A model generated the notes under the pieces. It had not been told where the DNA came from, made no database searches, and was given only the letters and a program-made list of their open reading frames with translations. DNA of 64,000 nt from assembly GCF_030222135.1 (NCBI RefSeq), contig NW_026988422.1, positions 32,810,919 to 32,874,918 of the forward strand, read 5' to 3'. This stretch comes from Aotus nancymaae (Eukaryota). Both the position numbers and the translations under genes were made by a program. This document shows, in pieces, positions 27,978-44,020 of this stretch. The stretch's first letter is position 1. Each line of letters starts with the position of its first letter.

Positions 27978-28095
27978 TTTTTTTTTTTTTTTTGTTAATT
28001 TTTGTTTTGAGACAGAGTATTACTCTGTTACCTAGGCTGGAGTACAGTATCATGATCACAGCTCACTGTAACCTTGAACTGCTGATCCTGACCTA
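27978..28095 (-). mobile_element. Alu (partial)
   Basis: poly-T then the reverse-complement Alu 3' part. Confidence 0.7.
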
Positions 28096-28547
28096 TTCAA
28101 TATTGAGCTTGGGCATTTGATGACATTCTCTAAACAGATGAGTCAATAATTTATATTACTGAATGGAGAGGCAAATAAAGTTACTCTAAATTTCTTGTGA
28201 CTTGGTGTGTAGAACATGCTGGTGTGAGTTGTCATATAATCATAACGTTTGTGAATTTACTTATTTTTTTAATTTTCCAGAGATGATCTTAGGTAATTGA
28301 TAGATCCCGTGGTTCAACTTGGTTTCTAGATAGAAGCTGGATTCATGTGATGCCAGATGTAAGTGTAAGAGCAGAATCTTCATTTTTTGCCTCGTTTGAA
28401 TTTCTAATCACCTAGCAAGACTTGGGACTCAGTGTTATTAGTGGATGGAATTGATAGTTGAAAAAATCCCCAGTTTTAACCTTAAGAGGATTTTCCTATT
28501 TAGGGATGAGGAGCCAGTGCTGGTTTGCCCTTCACCAGTCATTTACA

Positions 28548-28622
28548 GTTTGCCATGATGAAATGCATGTTAAGTCCGTGTTTCAGCTGATCAGTCTGAT
28601 TAAACACATGCTCTGAGCAGAC
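28548..28622 (+). ncRNA. SNORD126: Box C/D snoRNA in a CCNB1IP1 intron (SNORD126-like)
   Basis: C box ATGATGA (28555-28561). D' box CTGA (28587-28590). C'-like CTGATTA (28596-28602). D box CTGA (28613-28616). A 6-bp terminal stem joins GTTTGC(C) to GCAGAC. Length about 75 nt. Confidence 0.6.
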
Positions 28623-28691
28623 TAAAGCTAGGGGCAAACACCTACAATTGAATTCTGCTTGTTGAAATTTTTACTGAGATTTAGCCTGTAA

Positions 28692-29000
<309 letters not shown>

Positions 29001-29961
29001 ATGCTCAGCCAATCCCGGGTAGTTCTTAAATCTTAATAAATTACCAATTTGAGACTAATATTTTGTTGTGCTTTGATCTTTTGTGATATCTCTATATCCC
29101 CAAAAAATCACTTTTGTGAGTTAAAACTAGAGTCAGGAATCCTTAATCTAAAAGTTCAAACACTACAGAAAAAGCACTGATAACTGGTATAGTTCTATTA
29201 GCAATTTAGCCTGGCAGTTTTCAACTAATCACTATTCTGTTAATCTATATACATAGATTAAGGGAAACACAGAGTTGGTTCGATCAATTTTGTGAAGACT
29301 ATACAATACAATACTATACAGTCACTTAAAAGTTATGATACAGGTTTATGTTTATTGAAATGGAATGGTATTCATGACACATGAAAAACAGGTTATGGAG
29401 CAATATGTTTCTGCTTAAATATTTTTATATGCATATGTTTGCTTAAGAAATCTAAAAGGATATATATGCTAAAATACTAGGGGTTATTTTCTCTAGAATT
29501 GGATTCTACAAGTAATCTTGTGTCATAAACTTCTATTTTCTAATTTTATTGTGTATTCATGTATTGTAATATAGTAAAAGTAATTTTAAGTAACGTAAGA
29601 CAAGCTTATATTCTTTACCCGTGCCTGCATTTTCAGCAGAGAATTAGTTAGATATAAGGGTGAAATACAGGAAATACAAACAACTCAATGTTATATCAGA
29701 AGAACTTGAAATAATTTTTTAGCTTTTTTTGTCTTTTACAGAAGTAAAATTTCAAGAGACCAAAACCAGATCTGAGTCTCCCTGTTCCATTCTGGACCTC
29801 TTTGGTGCTGTAAATCCTTGATCTACAGTAGACAATTACTGCGTTTTATGGTAAGGCTTAGGTTGCGATTGAGAAGCTTTGACATACATGAGTCTGAAAA
29901 TTCAGTTTTATGATTTCACAGCTAGCTGCTAAGGTGCTGTAAATTTCATTTTTAAAAGTCA

Positions 29962-30332
<371 letters not shown>

Positions 30333-30596
30333 TCACTTTACCAGTTATGCAACATTGGCAAGTTTCTTAATATCTGTGTCTTAGTTTTATATTTTAGAAG
30401 ATGGCAATAGCATTTGACTCAGGATGGTTATTTTGAAGATTAAATTAGTTAAGGTGTGGGTAAAGCATATATGATAAATGCTCAATTGGTGTTAACTATT
30501 TTGTCACCAGAACCATGTGTATATTTATTTTAGATACTGTACTACCTGGCAATTTCTGACATCTGCATAATAGATTGACAAAAATTCTTTGTTTTG

Positions 30597-30902
<306 letters not shown>

Positions 30903-31177
30903 TTAGACTACCCCTCATTACCTTCACCCGGGCCCTCAAAACTTAATTTAAGTTTTAGAATTAGTCATAGGCACTATCGTGTGTATCTTTATATAATTGT
31001 TAGAAAAACATTTTCTTTAGTTGATTAATCTTGGTTTTGGTACTAACTTGTTATCTAGTTTGTGATTTTCCCTTGCTAGATCAGTTGATATTTAATGATT
31101 CTTTCTAGTTCTTACTTAGATGTAATGATTTCTCTTATAAGAGTCCTTTGATGTCTTCATTATTACTTAAAAAAATT

Positions 31178-31805
<628 letters not shown>

Positions 31806-32302
31806 CAGAGATGGGGTTGTGCCATGTTGCCCAGGTTGGGATGTCTTTATTTTTTATAAACGTGTCTTAAGTTAATGTGGTTGGAGGTAAACTTTGATGG
31901 CTGTTCCTCTCACTGCTTGGAGCCTTAGGCAGTGGGATTTTGATCCATCATATATAAAAAATGTCTTATCTTCACTCAGGGCACCATGTGGACGGGCTGG
32001 CTGTCCGTTAGTGCCTTCTGAATGTTGCGGAGTCAAACAATTACTAAACAGGTGGTGATTCTAGATTAAGAAAATGTACCTGTGATTAAAAAAAGAAGCA
32101 GCTTAGTTTCAGAACACAAGCGTATAGTAATTAGATAGCTCTCATCTAGCACTACGAAAGAAAGCTGTGGTCAGTTGATTCTGGGAGTTACTGAAACATT
32201 ATACTCTAAAGTCATTCACGGTTAAGTTTTAAATGGTTTACTCAGTTTTCTAGAGCAGTTGTTCACACACATGTCCGGGCAGTTTTAAAAATACACTTTT
32301 TG

Positions 32303-32600
32303 GCTGGGTGCGGTGGCTCACACTTGTAATCTCAGCACTTTAGGAGGCCAAGGTGGGCGAATCATCTGAAGACACAAGTTTGCTACCAGCTTGGCCAATG
32401 TGGTGAAACCCTGTCTCTATTAAAAATACAAAAATTAGCCGGGCGTGGTGATGCGTACCTGTAGTCCCAGCTACTCAGGAAGCTGAGGCAAGAGAATCTT
32501 TTGAACCTGGGAAGGGGAGGTTGCAGTGAGCCACTGCACTTTAGCCTGGGTGACAAAGTGAGATACTCCATCTCAAAAAAATAAATAAATAAAATTAAAA
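32303..32600 (+). mobile_element. Alu
   Basis: Alu consensus. Ends in an (AAAT)n tail. Confidence 0.85.
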
Positions 32601-33717
32601 ATTAAATATATATATGTATATATACACATACTTTTCTTCGCAGTATGAAGGTAGATAATTCTTCAAGTTAAAGATGGACTTTTCTCACCAGAAATGGCTT
32701 CATAGAATCAATTTGCAAAAATGTAAGAGGTGGCAAAGGAAAGAATAAAATGATATTTTCATTTTCTTCTGTCATTCTTAGATCCTTTGGTAGATTGTAA
32801 GCTCCATGAAATCAGGATACCTTCCTTTTACTTAAGGCCTGTCCCAGAAGAAATACCAACAAATATTTGCTTATATACTAACTTAGTCTCTGGGTGTTAT
32901 TCTTGGGATGTGTGCTGAAGGAGACATGTACAGAACGTTCACTATAGTATTTTTAATTGTAAACCTAGAATCAATGCCTATTATAAGAATGAGTGCCAAA
33001 ACAAACCTATTTATGTGAGGAACAGATACATAAAAGCTTACTGGTATTTAGTAGGAAATCTTTTATTGTTAACATGTTTTTTACAATCTTATTTGATATT
33101 TATCATTGACTTAAATTGCACATACCATTCAGGTATGGTTAAAAACTCATTTCTGCTTTGTACTGAAGTATTCTCAATTGTTTTGGCTCAAGTATACTGT
33201 CCTATATGCAGTGTTTATGTCCATGATGGTATATTTAACATGCAAGGGATACAAAATAAAAATCCAAATATGAAAGTCGGATATACTTAACTGTTTTTGT
33301 ATTGAGATTTGATACTCGTGGTTTTACCAGAATCTCACAAATGGTATGCAACTGTTATCACTTGTATTGACCAGAATATGAAACCTATTCTTTAGATTAA
33401 GATTCTTGAAATTGCTTCATCAATAATATACATTTCATGAATGTTCAGTAGTTTCTCTAAAAACAGTAAACAACTGAATTAAACCATTTCACAAATGACA
33501 AGAAATATGTTAGGTCTTCAGGTTGTCAGACTTTTCTGTTGCAAATCTCAACTTTTGGCTATAAAAACAAGGTATGAAAATAAACAGTGAGGAAGTTACT
33601 TCTGTGTGTTAAAATATAGCACAACCTACTACTTGAAACTCAATGCCTTTTCTCCTTCATTACGGTATCTTCAGACTGCTTTTCTATATAGATTCTCATT
33701 GAAAGTGTTTCATATCT

Positions 33718-33972
33718 TTTTGAGTCTGGTTCTGTTGCCCAGGCTGGAGTGTGTGTAGTGGCATGATCTTGGCTCACACTGCAACCTCTGCCTCCCAGAT
33801 TCAGGCTATTCTCCTGCTCAGCCTCATGAGTAGTTCAGACTACAGATGCCCACCACCACGCCTGGCTAATTATGTATTTTTTCATAGAGATGGGGTTTAA
33901 ACATGTTGGCCAGGCTGATCTCGAACTCCTGATCTCAGGTGATCCCCCTGCCTTGGCCTCCGAAAGAGCTGG
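33718..33972 (-). mobile_element. Alu
   Basis: Reverse-complement Alu consensus. Confidence 0.8.
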
Positions 33973-34754
33973 AATATAATTTTGTTATTCTGAGTAGTTT
34001 TGTCTTTGTGGTTGGTTGTCTTGTTTTGTATAGCCAATACAAATGATTAAGTATCATTTTAAAAGCAAAGGAATTACAACATTTTGAATATTTTGATGTA
34101 TATTGTATCCTTTGCATCGTAAATATAACCTAGGAATGTAACCAGACTACCACTTCCATCAAAGAGTGAAGTTGTTGGAATGTTTGCTTTCTTGAATGTT
34201 GTGGTCACTCTGGCCTTCACAACTCTTATTGTAAGTTATTCAGACTCTTTATGTTAGGAAGAATGCATTAAAGATTTATATATGAAAAGCAAAACTTTAA
34301 AACTATTGAAAAGCAAGAATATGATATTGGAGTAGACGTAAGTACAAAAAGGAAAAGTTGGTAAATTTGTGTACAATAAAATTCAAACTTATGCTTACAT
34401 GCCACCATTTAACTGTTAAATGACTCCATAGAAATCAAGAAAATCATCAAAGGATATGAACGGGTAAATCACAGATGAGAATCCCTGAGTAGTCATTCAG
34501 ATGAAAAAATGCTCACTCTTATGAGTAATAAAATAATTGTACATTAAAACACTGAGATACCATTTCACTGTCATCAGATAGACACCAATGAAATAAAACA
34601 ATTGGACATGTCTGCATGTTGCTGAATTTATAGCATTGGGCTCTCATATACTTTGCTGGTGGCAGTGAAATTTATGCCTTTACTTTGGAGAGTGGTTTGG
34701 CAACATTTAGTTGATTTGAAGTTGCTTATATACTAACCCAGTCTCTGGGTGTTG

Positions 34755-35010
34755 TTTTTTGAAATGTAGTCTTGCTTTGTTGCCCAGGCTGGAGTTAAGT
34801 GGAATGGTCTCAGCTCACTGCAACCTCTGCCTCCTAGGTTCAAGCGATTCTTCTGCCTCAGCCTCCCGAGTAACTGGGACTACAGGCACGTCTCACCATG
34901 CCTGGCTAATTTTGGGGTTTCACTATGTTGGCCAGGCTGGTCTTGAACTCCTGACCTCATGATCCGCCAGCCTCGTCCTCCCAAAGTGCTGGGATTACAG
35001 GTGTGAGCTC
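34755..35010 (-). mobile_element. Alu inserted into a duplicated unique segment (target-site duplication about tctgggtgtt)
   Basis: Reverse-complement Alu consensus. The flanking sequence repeats. Confidence 0.8.
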
Positions 35011-35371
35011 TGGGTGTTATATTCTAGAGGAAGTTTAGGCATGTGTACTCAAGGAGACATGTACAGAATGTTTATTGCAGTATTGTTTTTAATTGTAAAA
35101 ACCTGTAATCCATGTCTATTAGAAGAATGGATAAATAAATTGTAGCGTATTTGCAGTACATGGCTGTTAAAATGAATTAATGTGATGTATGTATTAACTT
35201 TGATACATCTCCCAGGAAGTGATCATATTGCAGTACAAAGGGAATTGGCTAGAATCACAAAGTTAGGTACTAGTCAAATTAGAATATTTTGCATTTTTGA
35301 ACTTTAAATGAGTTGTACCTTTTTTTGTATTTTAATATTTCTACATTTGGCATAGTTAAAACCAGACATTA

Positions 35372-35630
35372 CCTGGGTGCGGTGGCTCATGCCAGCACTT
35401 TGGGAGGCTGAGGCAGGCGGATCACGAGGTCAGGAGTTCGAGACCAGCCTGACCAACATGGTGAAACCCTGTCTCTGCTAAAAATAAAAAAATAAGCCGG
35501 GTGTGGTGGTGTGCGCCTGTAATCCCAGCTACTCGGGAGGCTGAGGCAAGAGAATCGCTTGAACCCTGGAGGTGTGAGCACAGATCAAGCCACTGCGCTC
35601 CAGCCTGGGCATTAGAGGGAGACTCTGTTC
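35372..35630 (+). mobile_element. Alu
   Basis: Alu consensus. Confidence 0.8.
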
Positions 35631-36026
35631 CCCCCATCCCTGCCAAAAAAACCACAAAAAATCCAGAAATTGCACAGAAGGCTCAAACAGCCAAAAACAG
35701 ATGTTAGGGAGTACATGGTTTATACATGAAGATCCCAGTTTTTTGAAACTGGTTTATACCAGAATTAAGTTACTACTTTAAAGCTATCAGAAGATATTTT
35801 AGGACATGTACAAGGACCTAAATACTCTGAACCAGTTGACAAAACTTGCAGGAAGTTGCATAGTTTGGACAGTTTTTGTTTGAAGGAAAAAGGTTTGGCA
35901 TTATGGAGTCACTACTCAGAAAGGGGTTTGCAGGGTTAGATGTTCATTGTGTGGCTGATTGCATCTGTTACTAATTCATAATAGGATCACAATATCTGGA
36001 AGGATGGCTACAAAAGAGACGGCATT

Positions 36027-36312
<286 letters not shown>

Positions 36313-36451
36313 AAAAAAAAAGGACATAGTTAGCCTGAGGACCTTTCTAGCTCTCCTATTGAGGTAAATTTTTAATGTGAATTCTAACAGATCGATGTAG
36401 ATTAAGCAGAAAATAACTACCTAAAGCAGCTGCTATAGGTAAGCACAGAAG

Positions 36452-36487
<36 letters not shown>

Positions 36488-36602
36488 ACAGCATTAGAGT
36501 AGAACTGGCACAGTGCAATCATTTAAACACGGCCAGCTGTTCCAGGAGAGCACACAGGTAGAGCACCTCAAAGTTGTGTCACTCAATACTATCGTTTAAT
36601 TA

Positions 36603-36896
<294 letters not shown>

Positions 36897-37116
36897 ACTA
36901 TCGTTTAAAGTTCTGCAGTGCATATTCATAATGCAGACTCAAGGAAAATTATAATTTCCTTAAATATGTATGGAGGATGTGTGAGAGCTGGAAAGATGTC
37001 TGTTCCAAGTTGATTAAAAATAAAATGGTGGACTACGTCAACATGGAGGTGCTAACTGTCCAATTAGAGCTGCCACACCGTTTCTGGGAACTTGTGATTT
37101 TTAGGAAGCCCAAGCT

Positions 37117-37251
37117 GTGCTCAGCAACTCCCCACTGCCTGGCAGGTCCCAGGATGCTTCGGGGCAACCTCGCGCTTGCGTGCTCTGGCGTAGTTCCCTG
37201 ACGCCCTCCCGCGCAGAGAATCCTGGAATCTTCGCTTGTGGCGCTGTGGAG
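37117..37251 (+). other. CCNB1IP1: Second CpG island (37100-37700) with a candidate alternative 5' non-coding exon of CCNB1IP1
   Basis: CpG-rich block. Donor GTAATG at 37252. Lies 1.8 kb upstream of the start-codon exon. Confidence 0.35.
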
Positions 37252-37701
37252 GTAATGGAGTTTTTCCGCGGTTTTTCTTTCAGTCTCAGATTGAGTATTA
37301 TTTGTTATTATTATTGTTGTTATTTTCTCTATTAACGACAGAAAGCTGGCCGAAAATTTCAGAGTGTAATTTCTGTGGGTCTGTTTCTCTAAAACGTGCC
37401 CTCACGCATCTCGTACAGCCATTAGATTGGCACTTACTCCCGAATCTGGTGGAAGATTCGGAATTAGCTGCACCTCTCGTGCCTGAGAGAGGGCTCAGCT
37501 TCAAAGCTTCCCAGTTCCTGTGCTTCCTCTGTGCCCATTACCCTGCCGGACGTAAAATAGGCTTCTTAACTGTGGCTGCCAGGTGACATATCTGAGGAAA
37601 CTCACTCAGCGAGGCTATTGGGATAAAGGTGTCCAGGTCTCTAGTTTCCGGTCCGAGTGTCCGAGTGTTCCTGTTGACCCGGAGGACCCAAAGCACCATT
37701 T

Positions 37702-37975
37702 TTTTTTTTTTTTTTTTAAGGCAGAGTCCCAGGCTGGAGTGCAGTGACACAATCTTGGCTCACTGCAGCCTCTGACTCCCGGGTTCAAGCGATTCTCCTC
37801 GGCCTCCCTAGTAGTTGAGATTTCTGGAGCCCACCACCACCCTGGCTAATTTATGTTATTTTTAGTAGAGATGGGTTTCACCTTGTTGGCCAGGCTGGTC
37901 ACGAACTCCGGTGATCCGCCCACTCTAGCCTCCCAAAGTGCTGGCATTACAGGCGTGAACCACCACGCCTGGCCC
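37702..37975 (-). mobile_element. Alu
   Basis: Reverse-complement Alu consensus. Confidence 0.85.
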
Positions 37976-38155
37976 AAAGCAACATTCTTGACAGAATTTA
38001 TCAGTTGATAAATGTGAACGTTTACTCTTGGTGTATAATTGGTGTGTCACTCATTTTATGGCTTGTTTTGGCATGTCCAGAATATTGCTGCACTTAAAAA
38101 ATGTTTTCAATAGAAGCATAGCATTGAATAGTGCAGTATTTATATTAATAGGTGA

Positions 38156-38750
<595 letters not shown>

Positions 38751-39050
38751 CATATATATTATTTTTGACTTTGGTAAGATTTGTAACCACCTGTGTCTTT
38801 ATCCTTAAAATATTTTTAGAAAACAGGACAAATGAGAAGCACAATTAATACTGTTGGGCAACAAATCAATATATCAATTATAATAAATAAAATGAATCTA
38901 ATAAAATGTGTTCTATTTTATCATAAAAACATGCATGTTATATTTATTTTTTACTTGTTATTTATTTTCATTGCAATTTAACTTACTTGACCTTTTTATT
39001 TACCACTTATTAGGACTCTCTTCAGCTTCTGGAGACCTCACTATCCTATT

Positions 39051-39347
39051 ATGTCTTTGTGTGAAGACATGCTGCTTTGTAATTATCGAAAGTGTCGCAT
39101 CAAACTCTCTGGCTATGCATGGGTCACTGCCTGTTCTCACATCTTCTGTGATCAGCATGGCAGTGGTGAGTTTAGTCGCTCACCAGCTGTCTGTCCTGCC
39201 TGCAACAGTACCCTTTCTGGAAAGCTAGATATTGTCCGCACAGAACTCAGTCCGTCAGAGGAATATAAAGCTATGGTATTGGCAGGACTGCGACCAGAGA
39301 TCGTGTTGGACATTAGCTCCCGAGCACTGGCCTTCTGGACATACCAG
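39051..39347 (+). CDS. CCNB1IP1: CCNB1IP1 first coding exon (RING domain, MSLCEDMLLCNYRKCRIKLSGYAWVTACSHIFCDQHG...WTYQ); exon likely starts about 39026
   Basis: ORF track 39051..39359. Matches the HEI10 N-terminus. Donor gttagt. Confidence 0.92.
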
Positions 39348-39699
39348 GTTAGTGCTTAGTCTAGTTTCTCTTGAGAGTATAATTTAAGGCATTCGTGGGA
39401 GTTTCTAGTGTCTTTTCTTCATTATTTTCTATTTATTTTTTTATGAGTATATGGGAAACTTTCTTTTTAATGAATTGTTTTATTTTCAAAAGCAATAATG
39501 TTTATTGTTGAGAATCACAAGGAAGAAAATTAAAAAAGCACTCATAATTCCATCACTCGGAGATAACCATTGTTGATATTGCACACACATGCACACACAC
39601 TTATACACTCTCTCACACTCTTCTATTCAAAAGTAAGATAATACCATACATACTGTTTTATTGTTAGAGTTAACAATATATTATATCTGGTATGAATTT

Positions 39700-39805
39700 T
39701 TCTTTTTTTTTTTGAGATGGGATTTTCTTGTGTTGCCCAGTCTAGCCTCTTAACTCCTGGGTTTAAGCCATTCTCCCACCTCAGCCTCTTGAGTAGCCTG
39801 TGCCC
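39700..39805 (-). mobile_element. Alu fragment
   Basis: poly-T plus a partial reverse-complement Alu. Confidence 0.6.
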
Positions 39806-40054
39806 CACTTGGTATGAATATTTTATTAAATATTTTTCCATAAACTATTCTATAATCATGTTTTAATGGTTATATTGTATCATAATTTATTTCTAAGTTA
39901 TTAAAATGCTATCATGAGCATTCATCAAATACACATCCTTAGCTTTTTCCCTTTATGATTTCTACTTTTGGCATTTCCTTAGAAAGACCTCCCTCTGGAT
40001 AACTTTAAGCATGTCCTCGAATATATGGTTATATTTTACATGTATACTTACACT

Positions 40055-40343
<289 letters not shown>

Positions 40344-40344
40344 A

Positions 40345-40750
40345 CATATAAAGTTATACTTCTTAAGGATGTTTGTCATCTGTCAAGTAACTTTTTATTA
40401 TATTTTTCTAGGTAAGTTATTTCTCTTACATGCTCCTGTATTTTTCAACTCCTTTGGTTAAATACCAAATAGTGTGTTTGCTGGCTTATATGGTAAGAGT
40501 ATGTTTACTTTTGTAAGCAACTGCCAAATTGTCTTCCAAAGTGTCTGTACCAATTTACATTGCCAGCAGCAATGAGTGAGAATTCCACGTCCTTGCCAGA
40601 ATTTGGTATTGTCCATGCTCTGGATCTTGGCCATTTTAATAGGTGTATAGTGGTACGTCTTTTTAGTTTGCATTTCTCTGATGACATGTGATGTAGAGCA
40701 TCTTTTCATATGCTTTTTTGCCATTTGTGTGTATATATATACACACATAA
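40345..40750 (-). mobile_element. L1 ORF2 fragment (older L1)
   Basis: ORF track 40458..40790 (-) reads ...IREMQTKKT.YHYTPIKMAKI...CWQCKLVQTLWKTIWQ. The antisense motif tttgcatttctctgatgacatgtgatg is present. Confidence 0.75.
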
Positions 40751-40754
40751 AAAT

Positions 40755-40759
40755 ACACA

Positions 40760-40792
<33 letters not shown>
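40755..40792. repeat. (CA)n microsatellite
   Basis: acacacacacacacacacacacacacacgc. Confidence 0.9.
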
Positions 40793-40793
<1 letters not shown>

Positions 40794-40809
40794 TATATCT
40801 ATATATATT

Positions 40810-41113
<304 letters not shown>

Positions 41114-42121
41114 TTTGTGTATGTTTTTTTGGTGAGGTGTATGTGAAGTTTTTGGTCTGTTTTTAAATTGTTTTCTTATCGTTGAGTTTTAAATGTTCTT
41201 TGTATATTTTGGATAGCAGTCCTTTATCAGATCTATCTTCTGCAAATATACTCTCCTGATCTGTGGCTTGTCTTTTCATTCTCTCACAGGGCCTTTCACA
41301 GAGCCGAGATTTTTAACTTTAATGAAGTCCTGCTTATCAGTTTTCTCTTTGATGGTTTATACCTTTGGTGTATTTTAAAAGTTGTTGCCAAATCCAAGAT
41401 CACTTAGATTTTCCCCTATTATTACCTTCTGGGAGTTTCATAGTTTTGCATTTTATATTTAAGTCTGTGAACTATTTTTAGTTTATTTTTGTGAAAAGTG
41501 TAAGGTCTGTCTAGATTCATTGGGTCCTCAGTTTTTTGCTGGTTCTTAGTTACTTGCCTCTTGGACCTTCCTGACATAGCTGCTTTCTTTGTCAAAGCCA
41601 GCAAGGGAGAGTGTCTCCTAGTAAGACCTTACAGTCTTAGGTAGTAAACTCACGAAGTGACAATCTGTTACATTGTTTGTAGTATTCTAGTCACAGGTCC
41701 TGCCCACATGCAAGGGGACAGGGAGTTACACAAGGGTGTACGTACCAGGAGACAATGATAATTGTTTTAGAGTCTGTTCTTCATGCTCTGGATTACTTGA
41801 AAAATGGGATTATATTTCTTAAAAATCTTTGAAAACCATGTCATGTATTAAATTAAGACAAAAACTCAGTTCTTCTGGTGGTATAATGTTAGTGGTTTGA
41901 GAGTATTCTTCCAGACTTTTTTTCTATGCATTTAGTAACATAACTTACTGTTTTCTCTAATTCCCTCATTGTATATACTGATTGCTTCTTAAACTGGGTT
42001 CTAAATGTTAAAATAACATCCCTGTATAAGCATCTTTATTTTCCTTTTGTGTTTGTGTAACATTTTATAGTATATAACTTGGAACCCAATACCTTAAAAA
42101 TCCTTTCTTTTTTGGAACCAG

Positions 42122-42455
42122 GTACATCAGGAACGTCTCTATCAAGAATACAATTTCAGCAAGGCTGAGGGCCATCTGAAACAGATGGAGAAGATATATA
42201 CTCAGCAAATACAAAGCAAGGATGTAGAATTGACCTCTATGAAAGGGGAGGTCACCTCCATGAAGAAAGTGCTAGAAGAATACAAAAAAAAGTTCAGTGA
42301 CATCTCTGAGAAACTTATGGAGCGCAATCGTCAGTATCAAAAGCTGCAAGGCCTCTATGATAGCCTTAGGCTACGAAACATCACTATTGCTAACCATGAA
42401 GCCACTCTTGAACCATCCATGATTGCACAGTCTGGTGTTTTTGGCTTCCCATTAG
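42122..42455 (+). CDS. CCNB1IP1: CCNB1IP1 middle coding exon (VHQERLYQEYNFSKAEGHLKQMEKIYTQQ...GFPLG, coiled coil)
   Basis: ORF track 42185..42502. Acceptor aaccag, donor gtaaga. Confidence 0.92.
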
Positions 42456-43102
42456 GTAAGAAAGGACATGTGATATCCAGTATCCATTCTTTAAATCAAT
42501 GATTTGTTATACTGCTCTGCCCACTTCCAAGCTAAACTCCATCTCAAAAAAAAAGAAAAAGAGAGTATAGGCTCTGAAAATAGTGTAGGGATATTGACCA
42601 AATTACTTAACTTTCTGTGCCTTCTCATCTGTATAAAAGAGGGACTAATACATACCTCATAAAGTTTTGTAAATTATATGAATTTATATAAAACACTTAC
42701 ACCCTAGCACTTAGGAATCAATAATGGCAGCTAATAACTATGTGGCTTTTAATTTAACGTAGCAATTTTTGCAAGCTTTCATTTTGCAGAGATTAACTCT
42801 GCTCAAATTAAAGCTTTAATTTAAATGTAAGCAAATAAAATAGATAAAAGTGATGATGTACAGGTTGAAACATGGGTGAAGAATTCATAGCCTACCACTA
42901 CTCAAGACCCTTATAATCTCCACTGAATGCTATAGGACAGTACAATGTAATATTACTTCTCAGGGCCCCTGTGCAACCTTTCATTCCCTAAGCTACGTTT
43001 CCTAAAATTTGATTATAGCAAATGACATGAAATGAAATAGCATACTTATTTGAACGGTTGCAGTAATCTGACTTTTTGCCTCTAATTTCTTTTACTTTCC
43101 TT

Positions 43103-43396
<294 letters not shown>

Positions 43397-43907
43397 CAGA
43401 GCCTATACTCTTAACCATTTGCTATGCTGTGAGAAGGCCATCTTTCAAATTTTTTCACCTGCCAATACCGATTGTACAGTTTTTAAGTTATTGTCAGTTT
43501 GGTTGTTTTGTTCTTTTGTTTATTGATTTTTTTCATTTATCAAATATTTAGCAAATATGTTTCATGTACCAGGTTGTTAGGTATGATCCTAACCAATGAG
43601 GATATAAAGATTATCCAAATAGGATTCCTTCTTTCTGGAAGTTCACAGTCTAACATGATGCCACCATCTCTTTTCCGCTTGTTAGGTGCCTTGCAGACGG
43701 AATAAATCTCAATTCTTCCTGAGTTCTGTTCTTTACAACAGAATCCGGTAGATTTTTGCAATGCTATTAATGGAAATTGTTTTTGGCATACAAAAAAGTA
43801 AAGCTTCTTGTGCTGGATTTTCCTAATACTCATTTTTGGATATTTACTATGGGCTGAGGAAAAAGGTTTAGTAGGGGAGGAGATGATGTTTTAGAAAAGG
43901 TATGAGG

Positions 43908-44020
43908 TGGTCAGGTGTGGCCTAGCACTTTGGGAGATTGGGGTTGGAGAATCACTTGAGCCCGGGAGTTCAAGACCAGCCTGGGCAATATAGTGAGATG
44001 CTGTCTCTGAAAAAAAAAAG
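43908..44020 (+). mobile_element. Alu fragment (internally deleted)
   Basis: Partial Alu with an A tail. Confidence 0.6.

Noticed and set aside
37236-37586. 116-aa ORF (plus partners 37117..37335 and 37298..37504) in the 37-kb CpG island
   Set aside because: It has no similarity to HEI10 or any protein I recognise and contains a low-complexity run (LLLLLL) derived from a (TTA/TTG) repeat. It is best explained as 5'UTR or intron of CCNB1IP1.
38908-39228. 106-aa ORF overlapping the CCNB1IP1 start exon
   Set aside because: It is an alternative frame of the same exon and upstream intron. The in-frame ORF 39051..39359 gives the conserved RING-domain protein.
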